Source: Lingula anatina (Eukaryota; Animalia; Brachiopoda). From it: 64,000 bases of DNA. The notes below the pieces were generated by a model. The model saw only the letters and a program-made list of their open reading frames with translations, searched no databases and was not told the DNA's origin. Position 1 is the stretch's first letter. Every line of letters begins with the position of its first letter. Below are positions 50,061 to 62,508 of this stretch, one piece after another. The stretch lies in NCBI GenBank assembly GCA_051362555.1, contig CM120642.1, forward strand, positions 5,146,001 to 5,210,000, given 5' to 3'. The translations under genes were made by a program, and so were the position numbers.

Positions 50061-50533
50061 GTAGGTTCATTTTTGCGAAAAACCAGCGCCACGGATTCAG
50101 TCTTTTTTCTTCAGTTTTAGATATATTTGTACGTCATAGATTGTCACTGTCAAATATGTTTTTCCTTTAGTGATATTGTTTTGGGAAAAGACGGAAAATT
50201 TGAGACCGAGAGAAATAGTATGTGAAGGCTGAAGGTCAACTTAGACCGTGTGTGTTTTCTCTTTGACCTGCATTATATGCACATCCAAGAAAACAATCAC
50301 AGATTATATGTGTGGTCACATAATCAGATATACAACAGTACATTGCAATACACGAAGATTTCTGCAATGGAACTGATGTTTTAATCTGTTTGTTTTTTCG
50401 TTTTATTTTATTTTATTCATTTCTTTTTGCTAAAAGGGATGTCTTCATCAAATACATACTAGCTTGCATTAAGTTGAGGCAATAATTTTATTTATTTAAT
50501 TTTTCAGTTGGAAGCCAGTGAGTAGCAGTTGCC

Positions 50534-53500
50534 ATGGCTAGTCTGGATGGGGCACTGCATGAGTCGGTAGATCATTGTCTCAAGTTTGCAGAAATTCTTT
50601 ACAAGTGCACATTGTGCACCAGCCTCCCATCTATACTCACGTCAAAAGAGAGCTTTGTCTGCCATGTCAAGCAGCTTCACTTTGTTGGCTCTGTAGCAGG
50701 CCCAACTTGCCCGTCTTGTAACTTGACTTTCAATACCCGCCAAGACTTGGATGTGCATGTCAGTACCAGCCATCCCAATAGTGACCTTGTCCTTGGGACG
50801 CATGACCTTGACTCTGATCCCAGAAAAAGTGATCCAAGGTCTAACGTTGACCTTGAACAGGGTCATTTTAGCATAAGAAGTGCCAAAACAGAAAAAAGTG
50901 GTGGAAGGAGAAAAAAGAGAGAAGGGGTTCAGAAAAGATTGTCTGGTTTTCAGGAGATAACAGATTCTGAGGATGAAAGTGGAGATGATCAGCTTCTTAT
51001 ACCTTCACCAAGGGACACAGAAAACAATGCTTTACTGTGTAAGATCAGTAAGAAAAGTGAGGGATGGAAAATAAGTGTGAAATCCTCACCGTCAAATCAC
51101 AAGGGAGGAGGAAATGACAGCAAAGATGCAGACGTGCCAACTTCAGAATTTGGAAAGTACACACAAGTTATAAGAAGTGGAATAGAAAATACTTATATTT
51201 GTTGTCTTTGTGACTGGAAAACGACCCAAAATATAGCATTTCAAGCACATTGTAGTGGTGTGGAACACAACACACGTCTTGAAAGAAAAAACAGAGAAAA
51301 GGGATATGTGTCTGATGAAGGTGATGATGAAGTCAGTCTTTTACATAATCGTGATAAGACCAGTTCTCAAAATAATTATGATATTTATTCTTTAATCAGT
51401 GAAAAGCTCAAGCCTGGCCATGAAGGAAATCCAGAGGAATCACCTTCCCATAAAAGAGCTGAAAGAGCAGGCACCAGCAGTGATAATGAGGAGTGTTCAT
51501 TAAAAATACCGGAAAAGGTGCTGAAAAAAGAATCAAATACCTCCTCGGAAGGAGGCAATAGTGGGCTTGATCACCTTGATGCTAACTTGGATGATGAAGA
51601 TTATCCCATGAGGAAGTGCAATAGATGTGACTTTACCTTCAAAACATTTTCCCAGTTTGCAAAGCATTGCATAGAGAAGCACAATTTCCTGGACAATTCG
51701 GGGGCACCGTTGCCCCAGGTGCTGTCTCCCCACCTGGCGTACAGTCCTTCTGGTTTGCAAGTCAAACACTCCAGTGGTGTTACAGATGTATTAGGCAGGG
51801 GAATTAATGATGTTCCAAATCACTGTATCCGCTGCAATGCAGCCTATTCCACATCAGAGGAATTTATCAAACACTGTATTGACAGTCATGGCTATGGAGT
51901 GCCAGACCCACAGAGCTATACTATGCTAGAGGGAGCCAAGGTGGCTAAAATTAGGAAGCTTTTGCCAGGTAGGGAATCTGTCCTGTGCCTGGATGTAATG
52001 GATGGATTGTTAGAAACCAGCTGATTACAAAGATTGACTTGTAAACACATGTATTCTAGGTTCTTTCGTGATGCAAAATTATGCTGATCAAATTGTGATT
52101 AATGACACAAAGTGAGCGTTTGAGCCTAATTAGCACATCAAATAGTAAAACATGAATTGGAAATTGCAACACTTTTCTTCTAATCACCCAGGTACTACAT
52201 ACCCAAAACCATTCACAAGTTTTTAAGTACTGTCTATAAACCCATTTTTGAGTTCTAAGTTTGTCAGTCTTGGGTCACTTTATAAGAAGATGGAGACTGG
52301 TAAATTTCACTCGTATGGGCAAAGATAAAAATTTGCTATATATTGTGTGCCTAAAAAAAAATTACTTATTTTATAGTTCAATACCTTCAACAGTTATGAA
52401 GACATTGAAATGAAATTTGGGATATTTTAAGAAAATGATGATTTTAACATAAGCTCATAAATTCAAGACTCTAACTTAATTCCTTTGGCGCACAAAAAAA
52501 AAAAATTAATCTTAAGTCAAAAATTGCCATGCCAGCCTATGTGACTTCTGACAGGTGTCAGTGTCTGGCAGTTTTGACACCTGTCAATCAAGTGTCAGTC
52601 ATACCAGGTGTAAATGTCTGCTGCAGCAGGTGTTCAGACATGATTTTTGTGTAGATGAAAGGCAGCTGGATATTGTTAAGTATGAGATCAATACTGCATT
52701 CGTTTTAATGATAGTGACAAGGTGATAATTGAGGCCTGTGTTATGGAAAAAATGGAAAGGCAACAGGATTGTCAGATAATTTCCTGGAAAGAGCTCAACT
52801 CTGCAATCTGTTTTATCAGCTAGTGAGAAAGATAAAAGATACTGGCTTGACTGCTAGAAAAGCAGGCAGTGGCAGACCTAAAAGTCCACCCAAATAGATA
52901 AATAGGGCTGCTGTAAAAAGTGGGATTCTTTCACAGGGGGATCAACCTACACCTGCACTTGTTAGCATAGCACTTTTGTGACTGAAAATTTAATTTTTTT
53001 AGGTGTGCCAAAGCTAAGAGAGGTAGAGTCATACAATTTTCAGCATTCATTAAAGACATCATTTTCCTTAAAGATCCCAAACTTCATTCCAATATCTTCC
53101 TAACTGTTGACATGATTGAACTTTGAAATTGTCAACTTTTTTAGCCACCCAATACAAGGCATTTCCAATATATTTTGTGCCTTTTAACTCATAAATCACT
53201 GTGTTTTCACAGAGCTTGTTGTACGGGAACCCTATGGTAGTCTACTGCGTGATCACCTTCTGCAGCTGATAAGCATGAGACTCCAAGATGCTACCACCAT
53301 AGACTGGGGGCCAGCTTGTAACAGGGCAGTCAGGGAGGCCTATCCATACACACTGGCCCAGAGGAAAGGAATGTACAAGAAATATCCTTTGTATTGGAAA
53401 AAAAAAATTTTTTAGTAATAGTTATTGAACTGATATTATTAATACCAAAAAATTGAACTCTGATGGAAGATTTACTCTATGAGAGGATTTTGATTAATAA

Positions 53501-55522
53501 TTGATGAATTGATTCAGTTTACTGCAAAATATGAAGAATAATGTATTTATCCACTAGGGCAAATCACAAGAGCTCAGTATTAAAATCTGTCTTTACTAGG
53601 TATGAGTGGAAATTGATGCCTAGTACGCAGTCAAGTTTTCAGAATTCATCTTCTTTGTACTGTACATCAGATGCTAATTTTTTTGTTTGTTTGTTTGATT
53701 GTTTGTTTGTTTTTCATCCAAATGTTTGTGACTTATAGTTGAACATGTTCTAAAGGAAGATGGATTAAGAGCTATACAGTTAATGGTAAATTCTTGAATA
53801 AGAGGGGTCTTTTTTATGGAGGGATAAACATTTTCATGAAGTTAGTTATCTGTTTGGTACCAATCTTGTCAACCCAAGCTCCTTAACTTGTGATCTACGA
53901 CCTATTTCTTTGGCATCAAACTGATAGATGGCGTTGAAGGCACTGAGGGCTGCGATAGTTCCCAGTCATATCTACCGTTGCGAGACTTTCAGCAAGATGT
54001 GGAGAAACTGATTCAGATGTTGCCAGGTGTGTATGAATTTTTATTGTAATAATATTAAAAAAAAACTCATTACATAATTAACTTATTTAAACTTTGTATG
54101 ATTGTCGGCATTGGAAGCAGGGATGTCTTGTTATAAGTCTTAAAACTGAATTCAAACTTTAAATTAAAAAATAATTTTTCAGCATTGAAAATGGTTTCCA
54201 TATTAAATCCCATACAAGTGGCACTTTGTAACATCAGCCTGTCTGAAAATACTGAGCTGATGTTACTGGCAGATTTCCCTGTGAGCAGTGTTATTACAGT
54301 CTAATAAATTGTTCACATGCGGAAAAATGCCCCTGGAGTAAGACAAATGGGGCCAGCAGCACACTGCTACTTGATGAGAGTTATATCTGAGAGGGTTCTT
54401 TTCATTTCACACTTTTCCCCCTCATCCTAGATAAAACATTTTGTTTATTCAGAGTTAATACAGACAAAGGCAGGGTTTCTTGATTGTTGAAGCATGTCTT
54501 TAATTTATATATTTTGTGTTAGTTTTATTAGCTCAGACACGTATTAAATAAGTTGTGTTGAGTTGTGAGTTTACCTAGTGGTTTGTTCTTTTTAGTTTCA
54601 GTTTATATCAAAAAATGTCACCTCCACTAGTTTTGCCTGAAACAAACAGTAATTTGAGTTACTTAGAAGTTAATGATATGAAGAGAGTTTACATATCTGT
54701 TGCTGGATTAGCAATTATGCTTAGTTGGCAATATTGCATCTCCCTCTCAGAAACTAGTTGGTCTAAAGAAGAGGCAGTCAAAAAGACTAAATTGTATGTC
54801 AAGTAAGATTTTAAAAACTTTATTGATCTTATTTAAAATACCACTGGATGACTTATCTACAGAGTAAAAGGCAATGAGTTATGTAGCATCTGCCGTGTGT
54901 GTGTGTGTATGTGTGTGTATTTATTTAAGTATTTAATACATACATGAAAGTATATTTATCTATGCAGAGTTTGTCCAGTGGACAGGCCTTCCAGACAGCT
55001 GTATATCGAGAGATGTCCTCCTGGAGAATGTCTCCTGGGTCATTAACGACCAAGATATCAACAACTGGGGAATGCAGTGTAACAGAGCCATGAGGCAGCT
55101 CTTCCCAGATGTGGCCACCAAGAGAAAAGGAAAGCTGAAGACCACTTATTATTATGGTGCTTTGTTGAAAGTGAAAGCTGGAGATCAGGTGAGAGGTTTT
55201 CTGAATTATTTCTTAAGTCAAACTGTGAATAATATCATATGAATCTGTGCAGTACTGTGTAAATGTAAGTCAGATATTATTATTATTATTATTTTGGTTG
55301 TCGTAGGTGGTGAACTTCTCTTCATCACCAAGGGGAAGGGGACGGCCCAAGAATGATGCTCTACGGACCGTGGAGTGGCATCCAACTGAGGAAAATCAGT
55401 TGGTTTCCTCTCCTGACAATTTGTCTTTAAAAATACCCACACCGTCAGCATCTTCCGCAAACTGTGACTCCTCATATGAGGGTAAAGAAAAGTCCTGTTT
55501 GGCGGATGACAGTGACACTTGA
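50534..55522 (+). CDS. C2H2 zinc-finger protein with two RFX-like winged-helix repeats and a C-terminal AT-hook (exons 50534-51968, 53213-53381, 53899-54026, 54968-55189, 55307-55522)
   Basis: Kozak gccATGg; five C-x2-C...H-x(4-5)-H fingers; repeats WGPACNRAVREAYPYTLAQRKGMYKKTYFFGI and WGMQCNRAMRQLFPDVATKRKGKLKTT(fs)YYYGA; RGRGRPK; one extra base near 55147 must be removed for the frame to continue. Confidence 0.8.
52345..53155. repeat. Degenerate fold-back element with ~190-bp inverted arms in an intron
   Basis: gaaatgaaatttgggatattttaagaaaatgatg (~52408) vs catcattttccttaaagatcccaaacttcattcc (~53057); inner hairpin tgacaggtgtca/tgacacctgtca. Confidence 0.6.
53382..53898 (+). other. U12-type (minor spliceosome) AT-AC intron
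   Basis: 5' ATATCCTTT at 53382-53390, branch point TCCTTAAC at 53880-53887, terminal AC at 53897-53898; splicing gives in-frame KKTYFFGIK. Confidence 0.9.
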
Positions 55523-58191
55523 GTAAGTGTGCATTACAAAGACATAGTGGTTCAAAGGTTGAATTTTGAGAGGAGTAACAATGAAAAGTTGACCATGGAA
55601 ACAGCTGCGGGCAAGTCTTGATGTTGAGAAAATGACTACAGTGCCCATTATCAAGGGCGAACAGAAAGAATTGGTAACAGAGGAGAGAGACGACAAGATG
55701 GCAGTGCTTCAAAAATATCTTCGAATAGACAGACTTAAATTAACAAAATAAGGTGTTTAAAAGAAAGCTTTCAACTTTATTGTAAACAATACTTTCTCCA
55801 TCCAGGTATTTTCTATAATGTCTAAATTAGCATATGAAACAATTGTATGTGGGGAAATTTGTTAACAGCTGTGTTTCATAGTTGTTTGACCAATTCTGAA
55901 ATGTAAGTAATTTAAGATAAGGTTGGATCACCCAATTTTGTGTAAATTTGAAAAAGTGGATAATAGCATTGTTCCAATTAATGTTTTATTAGCAGTGTTC
56001 ACATGGTGACTAAGCATTGAAGTATATATGATATATTTGCATGGACTAAATGAGGCAGGAAGGAAATTGATGTCATCATCAAGGCCCTAATCTGGAAACA
56101 TTTGTTAGTCTGTAAGGGATTTTGTTAGCTTCACTGTCAGCTTATATCAACCAGGCTCTGTAGTGGATGGCTAGATGTCCAGCTCATGCACTGTAGCAGA
56201 ATATTGAAGAAATCAGATATTTTTAACTGGTAACGTCTGTTTGGATGCTGTAAAATATTATTTGTGCAGATATGTAAGGGTACGTGCCCAAAATATCCTT
56301 TCTGTGATAATTGAATGAGTTGTCATTCTGTGCCCTGATATATTGGACCAGTGGAATTCAAACTTGCCATTTGTCAAAAGGTTGCATGCTGTTTCAGGAT
56401 TTGTGAGCTATTTATGCCAGCCATTTGGGACGAGTTGCTGCTTGTGATCCACACTATGCCTTTACAAATGATCTTAGTTTGTGCTGACAGGAGCATATCC
56501 TGTAATTTTTTATCAGGAGAGCAGTTAAGTGGTAAAAAAGTGAGTTTTTTTTTTTTTAGGTATCAAGTGTTGAAGACTCCTTGCCACTTGTTCAACACAA
56601 TTTTATTGCTATTTTGCAACTTTCCTATTAGGGAAATCTTGGTGCTACTGCTCTTAAAATTTACATATTTATTTCAGTTGTAGTAACTGTGTTCTAATTA
56701 CTGAATATTTTTGTACAATTTTTATGATTATTCATGAACTTTAAACTAATGATGTGTTGTGCAACTTAGCTTATCAGTAAAAAACTATTAATTTAGGTTA
56801 ATTAAAGTAGTACAAAGGCTTTTTGTGACTTAAAGGTGCTTCACATATGGAGTGCTAGTGGAGACCACAGAATGATGCTATAGGTGGCTTATTATATTGG
56901 CACATTATCCATTATTGCAAATAATGATCATATTTTCAATAGTTTTTTCCCTGGTGCCCATATAAGCCATATTTTTTCATTCCAAACACTGTACTTCAAT
57001 GATTCTCTTTCATTAAACTTTCTTAAAAATTTGATAGAATCATTTAAAAAGTCATTGATCACTTTTCCCATGGACTATTCCCATGCCTGTTTGTATGTTT
57101 TTGTATTTTAGTGTTTTAAACTTTTGCACTTATTATATTTTATGGCTTTTGAACCATATGTACCAGAAATCTAGCAATCACAAATCTTGTCTTTTATTGA
57201 CACAAATATTTTGCATAGATTCCTTTGAAGTTTTTACAAGAATGGGAGCATGATAACCATTGGCCCAGTTTATCAAATTTCATCTCCTTGTGGGATGTTT
57301 ATATTTGAAATTACAGGAATGATGATTTGTCAATGAATCTAATGGTATGTTGTGTGCCTGTGTAGAGACAGAAACAAAGAAATATAAACACGATCTTGCC
57401 AAGAAATTAATTGTTTCAAGAGTGGAATTATTTGAGTAAATGTTATGATAATCAGAATTTTTAAACTGCCAAACGAGGGTCTGTGTAATGTTTTTTTCAA
57501 GCATCTGTCGCCTTCAGATTCGTCAAGTAAAAACATATAGAAATACATTTTCTATGCTTTTGTTTCATTTATTTTGAGACTCAGCCTTTAGATACAGTGG
57601 TAATTACTTCGTAGAATTATCAGCAGTACTGAACTTAATTACCCAATTTGTTTTAGTAACAATGAGAACGGCATTTCAGAATTAACACCTGGCAATTTCA
57701 AATGGCATGTTCGAGGAAATGCACATAAATAAATTCAAGCGCTGGAAATTATCACATTGAGAGGCTTTGGAAACGGATCATTCATTCGACAAACACTGCT
57801 TGTCGGTAAAAGAATGAGGCAAAAACCAAAATGTTGGAAATGCCATCCGCATATGCTTATAAATTGCACATGCCTCAACTGCTTAATGATAACTAGAGGC
57901 AAAGTAACCTATTTGCTGGAAACCCGCTAAGATAGCTTTTTTGTATTCAATCAATCGATGCAAAAGCTGACAAAGGCATGTGTGACCCGCAACTTGCATT
58001 ATTATCGGAGGCAAATTTGCCTTTAAGTGGTAATCAGTTCATTTATATGTGCACTAACTGAATAAAAGAAATCTCGATAACTATGCACAGTATTATAGCA
58101 ATTGATTTTGCATCTACAAGACTTAAAAGATAGGCTATTCACCAAAAACTTCGTTATCGTTTTATTTGTGCTTTAAAATACAGAGAAGCCA

Positions 58192-61100
58192 ATGCTACTT
58201 TTAAGTATGTTTCCAGAGTCGGGCTGTCGCACTCGTAGGCATCTTGCAATTACAATAGCATGTATAACGACATTTTTGGCGCAATGTAGTCCTCAAATTT
58301 CTGCAAACAACTATAGCTATGCGTCGCTTCCCGCTAACGAGTGGGTATGCGAAGCTACATCGAGAACATACGTCAGACTGGTGTGTCGTTTGGACTGGAC
58401 ATGTCAACTGTCGCCATATCGCGACTGCTGTGAGGACCTCGAAGGGCAAAATGACACTGAAATGCTACTGGATAGCCATCGCTCGTTATTGACAGAGCGG
58501 GTGACAGCAGATTGGAAAACGGACGTGACGCCATTGGTGACAAAGGGTTTGGACCCCCGGTTAGAAACTGTCCCAACACCATCAGGGGATGATGTAATCA
58601 GACAAACCGCGTACCTTTCTCGTTGCATCCCCACTCGAAGAAAAAAGGCAGGGAGAATTGAGCGCTGGGATCAAAAGAAGGCGTGGCACATAAATCGTTG
58701 TATGAACGAGAGTCACAAATTTCATGAACACTGTACGATGTTACCTGCTGTCAATGCGCCTTGGTCGATTTTACCCGTGTCACATAAACCGACGGGGTTG
58801 ACATACTCAAATATATATTGCGGCCTTTGCAATGGACGGACAATACAAGAACTATCAGTATGGTCCCCCTTCGTCCACTGCCAAGGGTCGCCGTCAGATT
58901 TTCTCTCGGGGCAGTCTCTTGATACTCTTGCAAACGTCTGGAACTCGTCAGTTTGCTCTGTTCGCTTCAGAGAAGAAAACGCCCTGTGGCTGAGGCAGTG
59001 TTGGGATAAGGAAGATTTCACAAGCACGTGTGTTGACCAGGAGTTGGAATCAGTGTGCAGTATTTTGGAGTCCGACGATGGTGATACGTTCAGTAAAATG
59101 GCAATGTCCCGTCCTGTGGAAATCGCGACACATTTTCCTTCTGCGTTAATGAGAACGTATCTTGATCCCCGCTGCCTGGTTTGCGAAGAGAATATCAGTA
59201 TGACATTCGTTTTCTACGGCTGTTCCGCACCAGGTTAGTATTGGGATAATGTCTTAAATTAAACTGAAACAAACAATTTTAAGCTCATCATTTCATTGTA
59301 TGCCAGAAGTCGACTATAAAGATGACTTCCCTGTTTATTGGGTTTTTTCTTCGTTTGAATTAAATGGGTAGATTACTCGAGCCTGGGCGTATTTTCTACT
59401 GCTAATTTTTGTCTTACTTAAGAGGCAATCTCTATATCATCAAATGTATTGACCCGAAAAATGTTTTTATGTCAATCAAACTGTTATATCACAAGCAATC
59501 GAAAAATCCCCTATTTTCAGACATCCACGAAACCAATGAGAGCACGAAGGGCAACTTGGAATTTTCGGCCTCTTTGACTGTGACTATGGGTGAACTCATG
59601 GGATTGGTGGCAATGGGGAAATACAACAATACATCCTGCAAGGATGTGTACGATAAAAATAACAAGGTAGGAGGAATACGGCGCATAAGGTGACATCCTG
59701 AGTTCATAAGGCACTGGTAATTTGCGTCTCTGTTCTCAGGATGTCTGCGCTGTCTCCAGTATCTTCAGACATGCTGATAATAGAGAGGTGAGTTTCAGAG
59801 ACTTTGAGGCTGAATTTATCGAGAATGGACCATTACAAAAGGCAAAATTTAAGTTTGCGTAGGTTCCAAATATTATCTAATTATGCACTGAAATGACTTT
59901 TGTTAAATCGTTGAAGTCACATGCAGAAGATCTGTCCTTGCATACATTATTCATTCGGTTGAAAAATACAATAAAAATGATCTTGCATTATGTTTTACGT
60001 GCATTAAAAACTAAAACCATATATCCTCGTATGAACAGACATTTCAGACCCAATGCGATGACATGAAGTGCTCCAATGGCAGTAATGCAGCTATGAACAC
60101 TTGCCACCAAGTATTTCACGACTTCACAGCTATAACAATTTGGAAAGTCCTGACGCTGCAGATCTATGGAGACTGTTCTAACAAGTCGGAAAATGTGCTA
60201 CATAATAAACTACCCGCTGTACTGAACGACAACATGGAGAATGCCAAAGATACACATCCAGGGAAATATCAATTTGTCAAGGCTCAGTGCATAAAAGATG
60301 GAGAAGATGAACCAAAAATGTGCATCAAAACTGTCCGCTTGAGCCTAAGGTATCTGGGTGACCCGGAAGATTACGACACCATTACCCAATTGCTGGATGA
60401 AGTTTGGAACGCAACGATTCAGAGACTGCCGCTAATGGCACTCGGCGATTCTGTCCATGTCGCTGTTTATAAAGGTTCAGGAGATATCCGTAGGGGAGAT
60501 GCTTTGCCTTGTCCAATGATTAGGTTGAATATTTCGGTAGTTAATTTTATCAACAGTACCGATAACGATACGCATATCACAATCAAACATAAATCGGGGA
60601 AAATATTCCAAAGGCATTTCATAGTTGACAAAAAGACAAATGCCATACTAATTTGCAAAGATGTGTATTTTAGACTGAAAAGTAAGCAAAACAATGCAAA
60701 ACATGCAAAGTCGGATACCCAAGGACTCGTTACTTTTATTTTGACTCTTTTCTCTGTGTTGAGTCTATTTTTCTTATTGGTTTGTTATGCAATTTCTCCA
60801 AAACTTCGGAATGTGGCCGATAAGAATACAATGTGTTTGGTCGCTTGTCTTTTCATAGCACAGTTTCTATTCTTGATAGGCGCCGAATCCGAGCTCTTTG
60901 AGTTGTCGCCACTCTGTCAAACCATTGCCATTTTGTATCATTTCTTTTTGATTTCTTCATTCACTTGGACGTGCGTCGCAGCTTTCAGCATTTTTCATAT
61001 TTTCAAGAAACCTTCTGGTAGCGCGCATGTCCAGTTCGAAAGTACCTCTATCAAGCGTCACGTCGTGGTTGCTTTTGGTTCTGCCGTCCTCATCGTTGGC

Positions 61101-61580
61101 ACATGCATTGTTTTGGAGTTTTGTGAGTGCTCACCATTTGAAATTGGGTACGGAACTCGAAAGTTCTGTATACTGTCCGGTACAAACGCTATATTATTTT
61201 TCACAGCATTACCTGTTGCTTTGGTATTGTTTCTAAATTTGGTATTCTTCGCTTCGGTTATTTTTATCTTGCAGTCGGCATCTAAAACAAGAAAAACTCG
61301 GGCAAAATCAACTGGGCATGCCATGCTATTTGTTGTCAGCCTCAAATTAAGCCTCCTCATGGGGTTTACTTGGATCTTCGGATTTCTTGCGGAGTTGACG
61401 GATTCCGAAATATTGTGGCTGATCTTCACTGTAGCTAACAGCCTTCAGGGCGTTACGCTTACAATTGTGAATGTAACCAGTAACAGATTCCGCAAATTTT
61501 GCCTCCCAAATATTATAAGCATTTGCCAGAGTTGTTGGAAACGGTTTAATAAACCCCTTTTCTCCAAGACTCCTGAATAA
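58192..61580 (+). CDS. Secretin/adhesion-class (7tm_2) GPCR with Cys-rich ectodomain, no evident GPS (exons 58192-59233, 59521-59666, 59740-59787, 60048-61580)
   Basis: Signal-peptide-like N-terminus; somatomedin-B-like CRLDWTCQLSPYRDCCED; PVSHKPTGLTYSNIYCGLCN; 7TM motifs CQTIAILYHFFLISSFTW, KLSLLMGFTWIFGF, NSLQGV; splice phases consistent. Confidence 0.85.
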
Positions 61581-62414
61581 TTAAGAGAGTTTGGCTTGAA
61601 CTCAACAATAGAAGCCATCAAGAAAATATAGCCTTGTTACACTGATCTATATTCTTGCCAAGGGTTCAGAAACGCAATTATTATTCATATCCTGCGTACT
61701 TAAATCTTAATGAACTAATATGATTACCTTTTGAGAAAATGTATAGCTGCTATTATCGTAATATTTATGAAGGGTGAAGTTTTACTGAATAACCATAGAC
61801 GTTCGTGCTTCAGGAAACATGTCACCATCGTTAGATACCGTTTTCTTTATGACCGAAATTGATTGCACTCAGCAAGAGTCCCTGCAGTGTTAGATCTCCG
61901 TGGACCGATGGTGTCTATGAAATTTAATGGGTCTACATGTACCAGCATGACTGGTGTAAATGTACACGCATTTCTCAGTTTCTTTACTTTGAAAATATTT
62001 TACTCATAACCAGCCGATAACGTCATTCACTAGTTCAAAAACATCTCTCTTACCATGTGTCACGATTCAAATTCCTTTATGGATGTACCTGTACTGAAAG
62101 GGACAATTGTGGACATAAACATCTAACTGGTCTACATCGTACATGTAACTATACGCTACATGTACACTACATAGTCTGTACGTACATCGCTACAAAAATA
62201 GATGAATGTATTTAAAAATACGTGTATAGCGTTAAGTGTTTCGGTAAAATAAAGTAGGCAAAATGTCATCAGTCAATTTAATTCCATTTATTAGCGTGCT
62301 AATGCTTATTATCAGTATTTTCAATGCGTGCCAAATACAGCGCACCTGTGGCTTTCACTAAGTCCTTGGACTGTCTTGCACCCTCTATCGGCAAATTCTA
62401 TAGTCAATGTTAAT

Positions 62415-62459
62415 TGCGCATGCGTGCAGTAGGAGCGCTTGATCCAAATAAACCGGAAG
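62415..62459 (+). promoter_or_regulatory. NRF1-like (tgcgcatgcg) and ETS-like (accggaag) motifs upstream of PIBF1
   Basis: Motifs at 62415-62424 and 62452-62459, within 100 nt of the ATG at 62509. Confidence 0.45.
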
Positions 62460-62508
62460 ATATATTACGAAGGACCAGTCTTAAATGTAGTCTCTTTCAT
62501 CCACAATC

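Noticed and set aside
62235-62275. Minus-strand CTGATGA...CGAAA spacing
   Set aside because: The intervening sequence cannot form stem II
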